The notes below the pieces were generated by a model that did not search any database, was not told where the DNA came from, and worked only from the letters and a program-made list of their open reading frames with translations. DNA of 64,000 nucleotides from Tubulanus polymorphus. Its lineage: Eukaryota; Animalia; Nemertea. A program made the translations under genes and the position numbers. The stretch is from positions 6,386,001 through 6,450,000 of the forward strand of contig NC_134028.1 of the NCBI RefSeq assembly GCF_964204645.1, in the 5' to 3' direction. Positions 1 to 21,956 of the stretch are shown here, piece after piece (position 1 is the stretch's first letter; each line of letters begins with the position of its first letter).

Positions 1-440
1 ACTTAAAGTTTTTAGATTGGCTACAAATTGTCTAAATGTTTATACAGCTGACCTTTCGGTTCAATTTGAAAGTTATTATGAATAACCGCCAATTACGAGA
101 GTGAAATCAGTTAAATCGTGCTAGTGAACTCTGCGCGATTTGAATTGATCAAACAGCCTCTTTGGACCCGAACTTTAATCGCATTTGAGGACTCTGATCT
201 GTGTGTGAATTTGTCGTTGATTATCAAATGGAATCAAATAGCATTACTTTGACCCGAACGTTGAATATAGGCCTTCTGTAGTGGACTGTGGTCTGTGTGA
301 AAGTGCCGGCGTTGTATCACATGAAATTCTAAGAACTACTTCTGACCGGCACTCTCTACGCCAATCATGAATTAGAAGTGCGTTAATTTGTTTCATTTTT
401 ATCTCACTTCGCATTATCTATGGTCAGGGCATCAACATAC

Positions 441-3400
441 CTGCTCTAGGCATGTGAGTTACGTGATTTTTCGGATCGTACATGATGTCATCCAATTTTC
501 TCAACGCTTTGTAAACGGGTTGAACATCTTCGATGGGAACGCTATTCATAAATGAGTCTCTTGACTGATTGTTGTAACGGATTGCCGTCACTCTACCGCG
601 AAGATTACGTCTGAAATGACATAAACACAAAATTAGGCCCGCTAGAAAAGCATAGAATCGTTCTGCACACGATTTGAAAAACGTGTTGCACTTGGTAAAC
701 CGTAAGCGGAAAAGTATTTTTCGGTTATTTAGAAATGGAGTTTCATGTTCAGAAATCTTAAAAGTACGCCTTATTTTAGATGCAAATACGTACATAAAAA
801 CCGGCCACTGAGTAATCATATTGAATTTGTATTCGTCCACACCGATATCATTAAAATCAAGGATTCTCGTACAAAGCAGTTTGTAATATTCGGGGTATTC
901 GTCTTCTAAGATTTTAGCCGCGTAGGAAGCATCGACGAACTGGTTTCGACCCCCGGAAGACGTGTTCTTTACACAGTGCAGAAATTGAACCTGAAATAAG
1001 AGGAATGCGTTTTGAAAAAATGAAGTTAAAATGTGTTTCCTTGCTAGAACATTTTTTTCAATGTATCTTTATGTTTTTATAAATGCACGAATGAGTATAA
1101 ATGAATGTGTGGTTTTTGCGCGTAAGCAAGTGCACTGATTCTACTTTCTTCAAATATAGTGGCTGACAAATCAATCATAAATACTTGAAACATTGTACAT
1201 TTTTTATCGTATAGAACGAATGAAAACAATGATAAGATGTATACATAGATAAACCACACACTTCGAGTAGAATTCATTTGCCTCGAACTAAACGCATTTA
1301 CCTTGGACTAAATAAGGACTTTAGATATCGTTTAAGACATTTAAGTAAATTGAAAGGTTGAGAAACTTTATTGTTTAGAGATAAGCATGACCGTAAATTA
1401 AGAACTGAAGGGATCAAGGAAATCAACCCAATTACGTCATCACAAGTTGTCTGGTCAAGTCGGTACTTAAAATCAATACTCAATTTGTAGACGTCAAAAA
1501 AGTTCTATATACTTGTATTAAAAGCCAAGCGGCGCTATTTCGTTGAAGTTGAATCAATCTCAATAGTTCATAATAGTGCACATATAGTGACTGTCTTTAG
1601 AGACGCGGTAAGTGTAGTCGGGTCGAAACAGTCCACGACGTTCTAATCTCTAAAAATGTAGTTATTCGATTATGGGCCAAGATTGGCGTCGACAGAAAAC
1701 CATGACTTTCATTTCCTGCTTTTCAGATGCTAAACAGTAAATTCAGTTAAATACTAGATAAACCCCCATCTAATATCCTTTCCACCCGATGTGATATGAT
1801 TTTTGAAAAGTACTAATACTGACTGTTCTGAATGTTCAATGACAATCTTCAGTCAGCGTTAACTGAGTATAAACGAATGAAATACTATCAATATCATGAG
1901 CAAAAATTGATAATAGTATAAATACGTTCACCGATAAGGACCATCCTTTCCGCTAAGCCCGACGAGTTTCGGTGTGGCCACGACGCTGACAAAAAACCGG
2001 CCAAGTTTATTACGGTACTCGATCGACCGGCTTCATGACCTGCTATTGATGCGGCTAAACTCTCTATCCAAAATTTGGAAATAAAGAAACAATGATCAGC
2101 AATTACACAGGACAACCGTTATAAGATATTTGATGTGAAAAATAAAAAGATTTTACCCCCGGTACGTGGTGATAGTAAGTTAGATCGCAATGAAAGCCTA
2201 GTTTAGCTGTAGTATAGGCAAGGTTACTGGGGTCCGCCTTGCTTTCGACTGTAAAGGATTCACTGAAAATACGTAGACCGGGAAATACATTTCCTTCATA
2301 ATTCTTGAAAATAAGATCAGCGATTTTGAATCTGTTTGAACGTATACATACCCGTAACTTGTTTTTCTGGCAAAACAAACTCTTTTGGCGATTTTTCGCA
2401 GATGTCCAGGAGTTTCTTTGGGGGCGTTTGTGATGAGCGTCATACCGTAACGGTCGACGTTCATCAACCAATCCAATAGGTAATGATCATCATCAGAACA
2501 GAGCTGCAGAAAATTGAATCGCAATCTTAGGCTAAACCGAAGATATGATGCCTTGTTTCCCCTAATCGGTCGCATCATTTTATAAAATGCAATGAAATTT
2601 GTAATCATCAAAAGAAAAATCACTGAAAATCGCTGAAATCACTTTGACTGCAGACTTACCCTGTCATAGTCATAAGTAGGAATCTTTCCCTGCATTTCGG
2701 CTCCCCAGTGCTGATGTAGTTGTCCTAAAACTCCGACTCTCTTCTCTCGAGCTGTTTCAGTGAACGACCTCTCCCACAACCATTCGCTCGTACACGGGCT
2801 TTGATGGCCGTCCGGCCAAGTGATCGTCAGATTCCCATCTTCGCCAACCTGGCAATGTAAAAAGATCTTTTTTTTCAAATCAAAAAATTAATAGATGTAA
2901 AAAGTACTTCAGTGAATTCGACATTTTCCTTTAAGAATGCTTCGATCATTTCCACATTATTCAATTTTGTCTATAGTTTACATATAAGTAAGGAATAATT
3001 TTGACGTTGTCCATCATAATTTTTCTGTGATGTGAAAGTGATTTGATTATTTGAGATTTTGAAATTCTTGTTAATTTTTCCTTCACTTACCACCACATCT
3101 TTTGGTTGGATTTCTGGATCTAAATCCATCATCAGAACCAACCTGGCTTTCGAAACCGGGTGGAAACATATAGGACATTGACAGTTGTCTCTGAGCCAGA
3201 CGTACGGATAACTCGTCTGCGAACCGTCGTTCCAAGTAACATCCAGCCATTTCTTCTGCGCGTTTAGAGCGACTTTTACCGCCCGTAATGGTTCGTCGAA
3301 ATGTCTTTTCGATTGTACGTGTTGAAGGCGCGAACCTCGATTCTCCGACTGGTCAGCGGTCACCGGTTTCCATCTCGAATCAAATTTACTCGTCGAACAA

Positions 3401-3513
3401 CTTATCGGCCTGACCATCAGTTTTCTACGACAAACAACGATTTTATTTTCGTGAAAAACATTCGAAAAGGTACGTAAAACTGAACGCGAACTTTTTACAC
3501 TTTTGGCGAACAT
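441..3513 (-). CDS. BBOX1: Gamma-butyrobetaine dioxygenase-like Fe(II)/2-oxoglutarate oxygenase (BBOX1/TMLHE family); 3' exon(s) lie beyond the window start
   Basis: GT-AG exons with consistent phase: 3091-3513, 2660-2848, 2352-2503, 2157-2262, 794-990, 441-610. N-terminal Zn-binding motif WLRDNCQCPICFHP and TWPDGHQS; NLAYTTAKLGFHCDLTYYHHVPGVQFLHC (HxD iron ligands); GGRNQFVD; IRYNNQSRDS. The basic, Ser-rich N-terminus resembles a mitochondrial presequence. Orthology to BBOX1 versus a paralog is not resolved. Confidence 0.85.
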
Positions 3514-5000
3514 GGTGAAAAGCGATAGAGAGAGAGAGAGAGCAACCTCGCCTCGAAGTCAGGGGCAGTCGCGATGTCGCCTGATTACTGATTCTAAAAT
3601 ACCTAAAGGAAAGTGTTGTCGCTGTATATATACCATATAACGAACTCTGACGTACGTAGTTGAAAGTTCACAGCAATTGTGAACCTAAAGAAGATAACTA
3701 TAACTATTCACGGAAGGACACTAACGACCTGTAATCTCAGTGTTAAGAAACGATTATAGTAAAACAAATATGGTTTTGCTTTGATCGAATTAATGATAGC
3801 AAGGTGGGGGTCTGTAAAATTAGATATTTTTCATGACAAAAAGAACAAAATCTTAATTTAATGCTTTTCAACAAAATTTGAAGATTTAATTGATTTCAAC
3901 GTATTACTAGCGTGTAAAATACTATTCATTCGATTGTATATTTGAATTCTATAAATTACAACAAACTACATGTAGCTTGCCAAAATCATCTTATATGTCT
4001 GCGTATAATTCCACCAAAACCTTTGATCCATCATTAACAAACGACGACTGTGTTGAAGTAGTATTGATGTTGATTTGTGTTTGAGAATTCTATCCTTTAT
4101 ATTCTATATGAAAATTTGAGTAAATTGTGTTAGATTTCAGAGAATTTATATTTCATTCGCAGTCGACAATTGAAAATTTCATTGTATCAAAACTAATTGA
4201 ATGACAAATGAACACTAGCTTCACAAACAACACTGAAAAAATTCACTCCCTTGGCAGGGATTCGAACCTGATTGATCAGTGGCAGTCGATGTCTTAAAGT
4301 TCGAATCCCTGCCCAGGTTTTTTAGCGAATATTCTTCGAGCTTCTGACCATGGACTGACAAAAAGACCTTCGAGCATTCATCAATCTTTCGTTTGTAAGG
4401 ATTCGAACCCAATGTGGCATTTCCAATGTTTGCAGAAACGTCTCTTGGCTCATTTTCCAAAACGCAATATGTGGCCGCAAAAATCTTTTAGACATCAAGA
4501 AACAAGAGAAGTAACAACAACGTATTAAATGTAATAACAGAACCAGATACACGAATGTACCTTTGGGGATTCATTTATTTTTACTCGCGACACAAAAACT
4601 TTGTGAAAAAATTCCATTACGCCAAAACAAATCTAAATTACCGTAGAGCGCTGAGTAAGCAACAAAGTTTACTGTTAAACACAACTAATGCTGCTATTAA
4701 TTACAATTTTACCGTAAATGATGCGGGTCAGTGTCAGCTCGCGATCACATCCACGTATAATTCATTACAAATTTCATTCAAAATTGAAGATCCAAGATAA
4801 ATATCATTAAATAATAACACAGGATTGTTTGCGTCGTTTTAGCTGCAGTTGATACTATTTCAAACGAGTCATTTTTTACAAATACGATATACACTGAGAA
4901 TTAGTTTACACTATATATGCACACTGTTAAAGAGTTTTATTTTTTTGTTTAATTTTCTAGAAGAACCAAACGGCTGATTTTTAATACGATTAACAAATGT

Positions 5001-8000
5001 CTATTTAGTGTCGATATCTAATCCGAGTCCGATTTTGTGTCCACCGGCGTTTATATTCTTGGCGTCTATAAGCGTGGAGAGGGTTAACTGTACACCTGAA
5101 TAAAAAGAAAAGACCACAATTGACAATAGAATCCCATTACAGTAAGCCATTGTACTGGAGTAATCCAGATGCACAATACGTTTTCGATATAACCCTATTC
5201 ATTGCCGACTAATTAATTCCCTAAATGTGTTGAATAATGGGGCACACCACTTTAACGTGTCTTCATCGCTATGATTGTTGGTAACAAAAATTTAACCGTT
5301 TGTCGGTTGACAGGTGCTGCCATCTTTCGATAGCGTTAAAAACTAATTTACATAAATACACCACAGAGTACAAGCCAAGTGCAGTGTACGAGAGAAGTAA
5401 ATCACTGATTTATAGACTGCATTCGACTCTATGAATAGCTTAATTGAAAAATGAGCCAATTTTCATTTCTCAAGTCATAACTGTCAAAATGGTAAGAATT
5501 ATTTTAAGAATTCAATAGAATTGTATGGACCCTCGATTTGTTAATAATTCATTTCCAGCTGTATTTTCTGTCCACAATACATACCATCGCGGATATTTGT
5601 TGCATAGCCCATGCCAATCTGTCCAGCATTGTTTACCTTCATCTAAAAATAAGAATCGATAGAAAATACTTCGATAGTTTTCCTCCTCACACGGGACAAA
5701 CAAAAATCATCGAAGAGAAAATTCTAAATTCATACGCACCCTAACAAAAGTATCGTCATCTAATTTATATTTTCCGGCGAAACCGAATCGAGTGGCATTC
5801 GTTCCAGCCGTCCACGAGAGATTGACGCCCGTTTCGAGGTTTTTATTTACTTTTTGATGAATTGAGCCGGCGAACTCGCTACTGTCCGTTCTACAACGAT
5901 AACGCAGATAAAACACAGATTAGAACCGTGTCGCGCGAATTCAATCATATTCCACGCGAACGACGAGGTAAAACACTTTTGCCACTTTCCGCCTATTTAC
6001 ATATACAAATCCCCTGAGTTTTCCCTGATGTTTTTCATGTGATTACACAAAATTTACCTGGGTGAACCATGAGAAATTTCAAGGCTTAAAATGTTACAAT
6101 TCGTTGATTAATCGTTGAATCGTGCATTAATAAAGCAACACGTGGTCAATAGCATCATTCGAATTCCCCAAGTTTTCCAGGTTTTTGGTAAAATTTGTCA
6201 GAGAGCTTTCCCCAATTTTTCCTATTCCCAGAGTTTTCCAGGTCTGTGGCCTCCCCGCTTGAGAATGTGAGTATATTGGAGTGCCAAGCCTCCCCTTACA
6301 ACCTTTACAACTTCCATTGCCCTCCACTCCCTGTTAGGTAGGTAGAGGATTTGCGTAGCAAATACTGGATAAAGCAAATAGAGGAACATGACTAACACAA
6401 TGACAAATCCCACCTGATGATAATCCGACAAGTCAAAATCTGTACATTTCGAAATGTCTTTTAACCCTGGCTATTCTAAACTCTGACACAAAGTTTTACG
6501 AATACGTACACGCTAGTGTGTAAAGTGAAATCATCACCGGAAAATCCTACGGCGAAATTGTTACGCGTCAGTTTAGATTTGGCCGTATCGAACGACATCT
6601 GGTATCCAGCTAACCAACCATTGTATCTGAAATAGTAAATATCTATATCAATCATACGAATCAATACTATATTTACAAGAAGCAGCAAGCGATTCCGGAA
6701 TATATTCTACAAGACTTTTTTCATAGTCATATGAATAAACTTTTAGTCAAAATAGTTTCTTTGGAAGTAAATACAGTCAAACTCTCATCAGTCATCAAAG
6801 CTGGGATGATCATTACATTCAGGACTTGTCCAAATAACAACTTACACTTGAATATCAAATAAAAATTGGGTCTCAAAAATAGTGATAAAATAATTTTTTT
6901 CTGTGATGACTCATCGGAAGACAACTAAACAGAGTTTGACTATATCATCAAACTCGGAAAATGCTAACTAATTTTCCAAATCGAAACTCGAATCTACTGT
7001 ATATGGCCAGTAGAGCAGCTGTAATCCATAATTCAATTCGTCCATACTCTTAGTACAGTACTACTCTTCATTCGAAACAGTGCAAAATCTTTGCACTGTA
7101 TGTAAATACGAAATAATTTGCAAATACGTAATACCCATACATACCCTAGAACAGCTGCGCCGTGGATCGTCGGACCGGCAAAGTCGAAATCTACATCGCA
7201 ATTCGCGTGAAGATAATCCATCTTGTACGCGGTCTTTATCTTACCACTTTTCTTTCTGAAATACGCGCGAAAAAAACAGTTCCCACATCAATATCTGTAT
7301 ATTTCATGGCTAGAGACGCAAGCATCGCATATTTTTTTAGAATATTCGTCCCACTTTCTCTTACCCGGAATGAGGTGCGAAACTGGTGTCGAACGATAAT
7401 TTCAAACCCTTCGCGATCTGGTCCTCGATGGTGACCTCCGTTGCCAGCACATTTTCAGTGTTCCATTTTTCAGTAAAAGTCAAGCCTACAAAAGTTCAAA
7501 ATAATACATGTATACATACTCAAACATTCGCTAATCACCTAAAATATTACTTTTTTTTTTTCATATTCGGTGAGCGATAAATAATTTCATTTCAAGACCA
7601 TTACCTTTGGTTCCCATAGTAATATGAATACAATTTTAAAAGGTTTTTCTTGGGTGATTTATCATTTTATCCCCCATGGAAATGAACAGATACCGCCATA
7701 TTAAGAGGCGGTCAGCATTTCAATGACTGCTTGTGTTCATATTCCCAAACACTTCCTAGCCAGGAAATACCATTTCAAAATTCCCAAGTTGTTCCCACAG
7801 TACCATGATAACTCAAAGCACATCAGCATAGATCCAACTTTTAACCGATTATCCATTCCCAAAACAATGGGATACCGGTAAGGCTACTGTGGGAAGCGAG
7901 GATTCGGCGATAAACCGCCAGGATCGCTAGTGGCACTGTGTAACCGCGCTTCAATTTCTTTTACATTTCAATTGAATTCGAGTCAACTTTTTCGATTAGT

Positions 8001-8664
8001 AAATCAATTTTCAGTGAAATCAATACCATACAATGAGTGAGAAAGGGAATCTTATATCTATCAGATGAGTCGTTTGATAATTTTCCCATTTGAAAGCCTA
8101 AAAGTAAAGTTCAAATTTCATCGAAAATGAACTGATTTTCACAACAAATAACCCGGTGATTTGTCGCGCCATCTGGTGTCGCCGGTATCCCATTCTTTAA
8201 GTTAATTTCAAACATTTCATATTACAGTCTGAAAGAAGGATACAAAATGTTCTCAGCATACCATAGTCGCTCCACTTGTATTTGGTCTCTAGGTTTCCGG
8301 CGATTTTTCCCGTGTCGCTGTTTGAGTTTCCACCGACTGTGAATTGCATGCCATTACTGGCTTGGGTTTTCACTTCCATCTTGTGGAATCCATAATCTAA
8401 AAGTAAACGTAGAAAAGGTTTAGACGTGAAATATATTCAGGGCTCGATTTCACGAAAAGTTATCAACTATTTTCGGTTGTTGTATTGTAAGTGGTTACTT
8501 AACGTTTTCAACGAGGACAACAATTCAGACTTGAACTTCTTAAATATTACATTTTTCATTGAATTTGGAAATCATCATTTCTGAGCTGGACACTTACTGT
8601 AACCCTTGTTGAAGAGGTCGCGGCCAGATTTGCCCAAGTCACCGTAGCAGGGTGGGATAACCAT
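5001..8664 (-). CDS. VDAC: Voltage-dependent anion channel (mitochondrial porin)
   Basis: Exons 8598-8664, 8262-8397, 7365-7485, 7145-7255, 6510-6626, 5740-5890, 5585-5642, 5001-5095. Translation [22 protein letters not shown]...[20 protein letters not shown]...[25 protein letters not shown]...[24 protein letters not shown] probable non-coding first exon ends at a donor at 9494-9495. Confidence 0.96.
7866..8194. mobile_element. MITE-like element in a VDAC intron
   Basis: Terminal inverted repeat AATGGGATACCGG (7866-7878) / CCGGTATCCCATT (8182-8194); no coding capacity. Confidence 0.55.
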
Positions 8665-9495
8665 ATTTGTATCTGAAAAATACAATTAATTATTTGAAAT
8701 GAATTTTCAATATTTAGCAGGGGCGGATCCGGAAATTCAGAGTATGGCGCAAAAATCATTCTAAGGGTTAGTTGTAAACTTCTACATATACAGTACACCA
8801 CGCCATATAACAACACCATCTTGTTTCCGATCAACCCAATCTTTCTTATGAAAGCCACTGAGAAAAATTGGGGTCAACTCGCATGAAAATTTTACCATTA
8901 GCCGAACTACTGAAGTGATTTACAAAATGATCAGCAATTATTTGCAACTGTAACTTTACTTTCACTATATATAGTCATCATGTTGTGAAAATGTCATCTA
9001 GTTCTACTACTAGGCAAAAAGGGCCGATTAACATTTTTGTAGTTATCCACTAACATCAACAAGCCAGCGTACTTAATTTTGATTAAAAAAATTATCAAAC
9101 ACTCCGAAACAGTGATCATGTTTCACAAAATTACATGCAATTAATTGAGTAGATTTGTCGTCGTTCATTGATGTTAGTTACACAACAAATTTCATTTTTG
9201 TGAAAATTGTGAGGCGGTAAATATCTGAAAATTCAACTACTTATATTCATAGTTCATTCTCCCAGAACTTGTAACGTAAAAAGTGAAACTGAACTTGGGG
9301 GTTTCATCAATCGGAAAGGACTACGTGATTCCTAAAAGTTGACAAGGTCGACATGGTCGAGTGATTTTCGACAGAGATATATTTCCGCATCTGCTGTAGG
9401 GAGCGAGAGATTTTCTCGGTGATCACACGTCACGGCGTTGAGGGGATCAACTCAACGACGCTTCGAAATGCACTTTCGTAAGCGACGGTTTTTAC

Positions 9496-10013
9496 CTGTT
9501 CAACTGTAAAACGACCACGTAAATCAGTGAGGAATTTTCGGCGAGTTTCCACCACAGGCTCGTCTACTCGATAGGAACCGGAAGTAGCAGTAGAATGTGG
9601 GGTGTACCGGCAGAAATCGACGGAGTCCGTTTTCGGCGGTGCGAAAATCGCCAGCAGTCCGAATCTGCGGTCATCCTAAATACCGACCAAAACCGGGAAA
9701 TGGCACGAAACTGGCCTAAACCTTCTAACAATCCTCTTATTTCAAGGAAAAACGTTTTAAAACTTCCCGCTAAAACAAAAAGTAATCTTAACGCATTTAT
9801 TCACGTTAAACGTGGGAACCTCGCCTCTGGCAAGCGAGCATATTTCCGGTTCCGCGAAACTGCGGGATACGCCATCTGGCGAGTGAAATAAAAAACACTG
9901 AAGTACAGAATGGTGGTAGAATTCTTTTTTCAGGCCCTAATTTTTTGACAAATGAGATGAAAATGACGACCGGTTGCGTGTAAATAAACATGACGTGTAG
10001 CAATAGATGATCA
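9496..10013. promoter_or_regulatory. Bidirectional promoter region VDAC/Smurf
   Basis: CpG-rich ~500 bp between the VDAC first-exon donor (9495, minus) and the Smurf ATG (10014, plus). Contains ETS-like CCGGAAGT (~9578), TTCCGG (~9845) and a CGCCAT YY1-like core (~9870). Confidence 0.6.
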
Positions 10014-18033
<8,020 letters not shown>

Positions 18034-19324
18034 ACCGTTCAAAACAATGAAAATGATCGTTTGGCAATGTACTGTAAAGTTTTGACAAGCGAGAGCGTGG
18101 TAAACAGTTCTTGAACATATTGGCTTCAGCAAATTGAGTTGATGTTGGAAGTTCTTATTTTTGTGTTAATTTCATTGTTTCGATGCTGATTATGAAAAAG
18201 GATTGAAATTCACGCGAGTTTTTGATCTTGTGCTGAAGAACTCATAAAATCGTGATGTTTTTGGATTTAATATTGCATTGTGAAGTGACTGGTTTGATTG
18301 GCTAGTTCCATAGAATGGAGGCGTGGCCTATCGAAACTGCTGCGATTGATTGGCTGAATTGTCTGCAGTGATTTCCATGTTCAAAGAAGTATTGAATAGA
18401 ATATGGCTGACTTGACAATTCTAACGTAGTTTAGTTTCAGTGAAATGTCGTGATGATTCTGACTGCGAAGAATCAAAAGTCAATAGATCTAATTCATCCG
18501 TAGACAAAAGGTTAATGATGCTGGTTTAAGAATAAACAGGGTTTTTTACTGACCCACTTAATCCAGATCATGGGAACTCGTGAAATTGATCCGGTTATGA
18601 GAAATCCAGTTTAAAAATCACAGTCACTGTAAAATCTGTTAATTTTCCATCGCTAATAATGGGTATTAGAGAATACTTTTTAAGTCGATCCTTGTTTGAA
18701 AAAAAGTTGGCTCTTATTTTCATCATTAGCGTTCTGAGGCAGACAGCTTGTGTTAAGATTGTGTGTCAGTTTTGCGATTGAATCAAAAATCTGTGATGAA
18801 CCCTGATTTACCATTTGTCTAAAATTCCATCCGATTACTAGCGTGTATGATTAGATTTTTGGCCAGTGAAAAAAGAGCAGCTTATCCTTCTATACTCCGC
18901 AATCTTTGTATCTGCATATTTTCCAATCCAAAGAACATGTATCATTATTACATCCTACTCAATTAAATTAATACGTCTTTAGATAATTCTTAGGTTTTTA
19001 TTTCATCGACATATGATTATAATACGTTAATACAACGTTGACAATTATAATCGGTGTTCGAAACGAAAAAGATAATATTTGCTTATGTTATTATTAGGTT
19101 GTGTTACGAATATACTTCTAGTCTCTCACTGTATTTTGTATATAGTTTACATAACGTGTAAAAGATCTTGGTTTGCTTATGTTTTTTTTTTTCATCTTCG
19201 TAGCAGTATTATAATATATACAATATTTAAAACTATAATGGGAGAATATCTTAAAGTATGTGCACCTTCTAATGTGTGAACTCGGACAGAAAACAAATTA
19301 ACTATAAACTACGAATATATCAAA

Positions 19325-19730
19325 TGATCCGATACATTATATATCGGTTCTGATACATATTGCATCATAGTTCCGATACAGTTTGGATGATAGTGCTGGT
19401 ACCTATTGTATCAGTGTTCTGATACCTATTGTATCAGTGTTCTGGTACCTATGGTATCATAGTTGCGATACATTATTGCATCAGAGTTCTGATGAATATT
19501 GTATCAGAAATCTGATACATATTCGATGATAGTTTCGATACCTATTGTATCAGTGTTCTGATACATATTGCATCATAGTTCTGATACATATTGTATCAGA
19601 AATCTGATACATATTGCATCATAGTTCTAATACATATTGTATCAGATGTCTGATACATATTGTATCATAATTTTGATACATATTGTATCGTAATTTTGAT
19701 ACATACTGTATCATGATTCTGATACATACA
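19325..19730. repeat. ~21-bp minisatellite (GATACATATTGTATCAGTGTTCT-like) downstream of Smurf
   Basis: Roughly 19 degenerate tandem copies are directly visible. Confidence 0.9.
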
Positions 19731-20170
19731 ACATCTCACAGAAAGTGGCTCACATTTTCGTGCATACATACTTTAAGGATGGCTCCTATTATAAATACAT
19801 CAATGTCATTCATATTTTTGTTAGAAATTTATTTTTGCCATCTGCGTCATCGTCCACACACACGTACACTCCATTAAACACCGCCAGTTCAAGTTCTTTA
19901 ATCTTAAGTGCATTTCTAGCACAGACCATTTTCATCGAACCAATGATGCAAAGACTGCCAAGAGTAAAGACTTCAGTCAACCTATCTCATTATATTGCGT
20001 ATGTTCAGAAGTTGTTGAAAGAAGTTTGATTTATTTTGGAATTCTTCTAAAACATTAGAAAAAATTTCGTTTTTCTTTCATTTTCGTCTGGCTTTAACGT
20101 TACTTCTATGACACCGAATAGTGAAGTTCAAAAACACTTGTATGTAAATTTGTTAATAATCAAATGAATT

Positions 20171-20472
20171 CAGAGGCGGATCCAGAGTGCTTCTCTCGTA
20201 ATTTTCAAGTGCCCTTTTGAAAATAAAATGGCAATGCTTTTCAGGGCAATTTTTCCACCCGCAACTAATAAACAGTTCGCAGCGCAAGATTTTGCTTATC
20301 TTCTCTTAAATGTCCCTCAAGTGCCTAGAAATTGCATGAAAATGCACTGAAATTTCAAAATTCTCCAGATCCTTGTTTTGGCTGCATTGATACTTAACTT
20401 GCCTTTTTTCAGTGTATGAACCATTTTCATATCTCTGTGCTCCTGTCAAAGTCTGCCCCTGGATCCACCCCT
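20171..20472. mobile_element. MITE with CAG(G/A)GGCGGATCC-type TIRs
   Basis: CAGAGGCGGATCCAG ... CTGGATCCACCCCT. Related ends occur at ~8718, ~35162-35415 and the duplicate ~37128-37381. Confidence 0.55.
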
Positions 20473-21456
20473 TCAACATCGGAATAATAGTAACATAGAT
20501 TCTCCCGCACTTTGGGGGATTGGTATAAGTACGAAGTTACTAGAATACTTAAGGCTCAGTTCGATACCGACGAACTGGGGAGAACATGATGGTTCAAGTT
20601 TAAATAAAGTGACTGAGTCAATAAAAGATTGACATTTCAGTGCAGGTACCAACTGAATCGGTACTGAGTAAAGACAGTCTTTAGTCTAAACAATACTTCG
20701 CTCACTTCGAAAGCTTTAAAATGCTGGTAAATTATTGCGTAGATTTTGTTTTAATTTCTTGTACAGGATCCCTACGACTCCTTGATTCCTCAAAAACTCC
20801 TATGAAACGGAAAATGCTTTTAAAGGCGCTTGAAACTTGAGCAAAATGCCTGAAACTCCTTTAAAACAACCTCAATTTTGATAAATTGGCAACTAAGAAT
20901 TTTTGTTTAGTTTTTAGTTGTACAGTAAAGGCAGATTCCTAATTAGAAACCGAGGTAAGGTGGTGAATAGGATACAAATGTGCTTACAAAAAACACTGAG
21001 GTAATGGTTCACTAATATAAACAGCACTGATTTAGGAGTCTTTACAGTTATTGGGATATGAAAGACACATCCTCAATATCTGAAATGTTCTCTTAAAACT
21101 CCTCATAGGCAGGAATGACTGATCAGTAGGGACCCCGTTGTAGCTTTTTCTTTTCACGTTGTGCCATATTGAAAAGATACCAGTATCTACTGTCGTTTCA
21201 TGTAATATAAAAAATTTGGTAATATGTATTATATCATTGTGTACATGTGTATAGGTGAACTGTGTGATTGGTCATCCCGGAGCAGTGGATGTAAATAAAC
21301 ATCTTCTTCGTTGAACTTTCTTTTTTTGAATCAAAATCGCCTAAACTGATTACTTTTCTATATTCATCCCGTTCCTGTAACAGGTTTGCCATTTTACTGC
21401 TTGTTCGGTTGGTCTTTCATCGGTACACTGAGCATGTAAATCATTTTAAGAACTTA

Positions 21457-21458
<2 letters not shown>

Positions 21459-21543
<85 letters not shown>
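21459..21543. repeat. (TA)n microsatellite
   Basis: Pure TA run of about 42 units. Confidence 0.98.
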
Positions 21544-21550
<7 letters not shown>

Positions 21551-21956
21551 TGTATAAATAGAGTGATTTTCGAATGTTAAAAGTTTGTGCAATTTTACTG
21601 CTTGAAATTCTGCTTGGGCCGTCGTCAATTCGTGGGGTCAAAAAACATGAGTCGACACGTCTTGTTTTAAGTATATATAGCCTTAAACTCGGACATCTCA
21701 AATATTGTACGTACATGAAAAAAAGAAACAAACGAAGGTCCATATTATACCAGCAAACTGATGTATATAGATTTTGTAATATTCATTTTAATAAAATAAA
21801 TTATGTGTCCCTGATAAGAAACGTTATTCGTTGAGTACCAGTAAGTTGTTAAGCAATGAAAGTGTCAGATGTAGTGTCAGAAGAGTTAGATGTAGATTGA
21901 GGGATTTCGCACTTCATTTGAGTTGGGTCTGCCTGCCTTTTGAGACCGCATAAGTA

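Noticed and set aside
300-420. Possible last exon of the BBOX-like gene
   Set aside because: No frame gives the expected DN.R..HGR motif; the remaining exon(s) probably lie outside the window.
4245-4420. tRNA gene suggested by GTTCGAATCCC
   Set aside because: No cloverleaf or A-box; the motif is part of the inverted repeats of a MITE family also seen at 15213 and 53469.
19325-19730. Possible CRISPR-like array of palindromic repeats
   Set aside because: Units are contiguous and degenerate with no unique spacers; the context is eukaryotic and has no cas genes.
21441-21743. ORFs with poly-(IY) tracts
   Set aside because: Translation of the (TA)n microsatellite.
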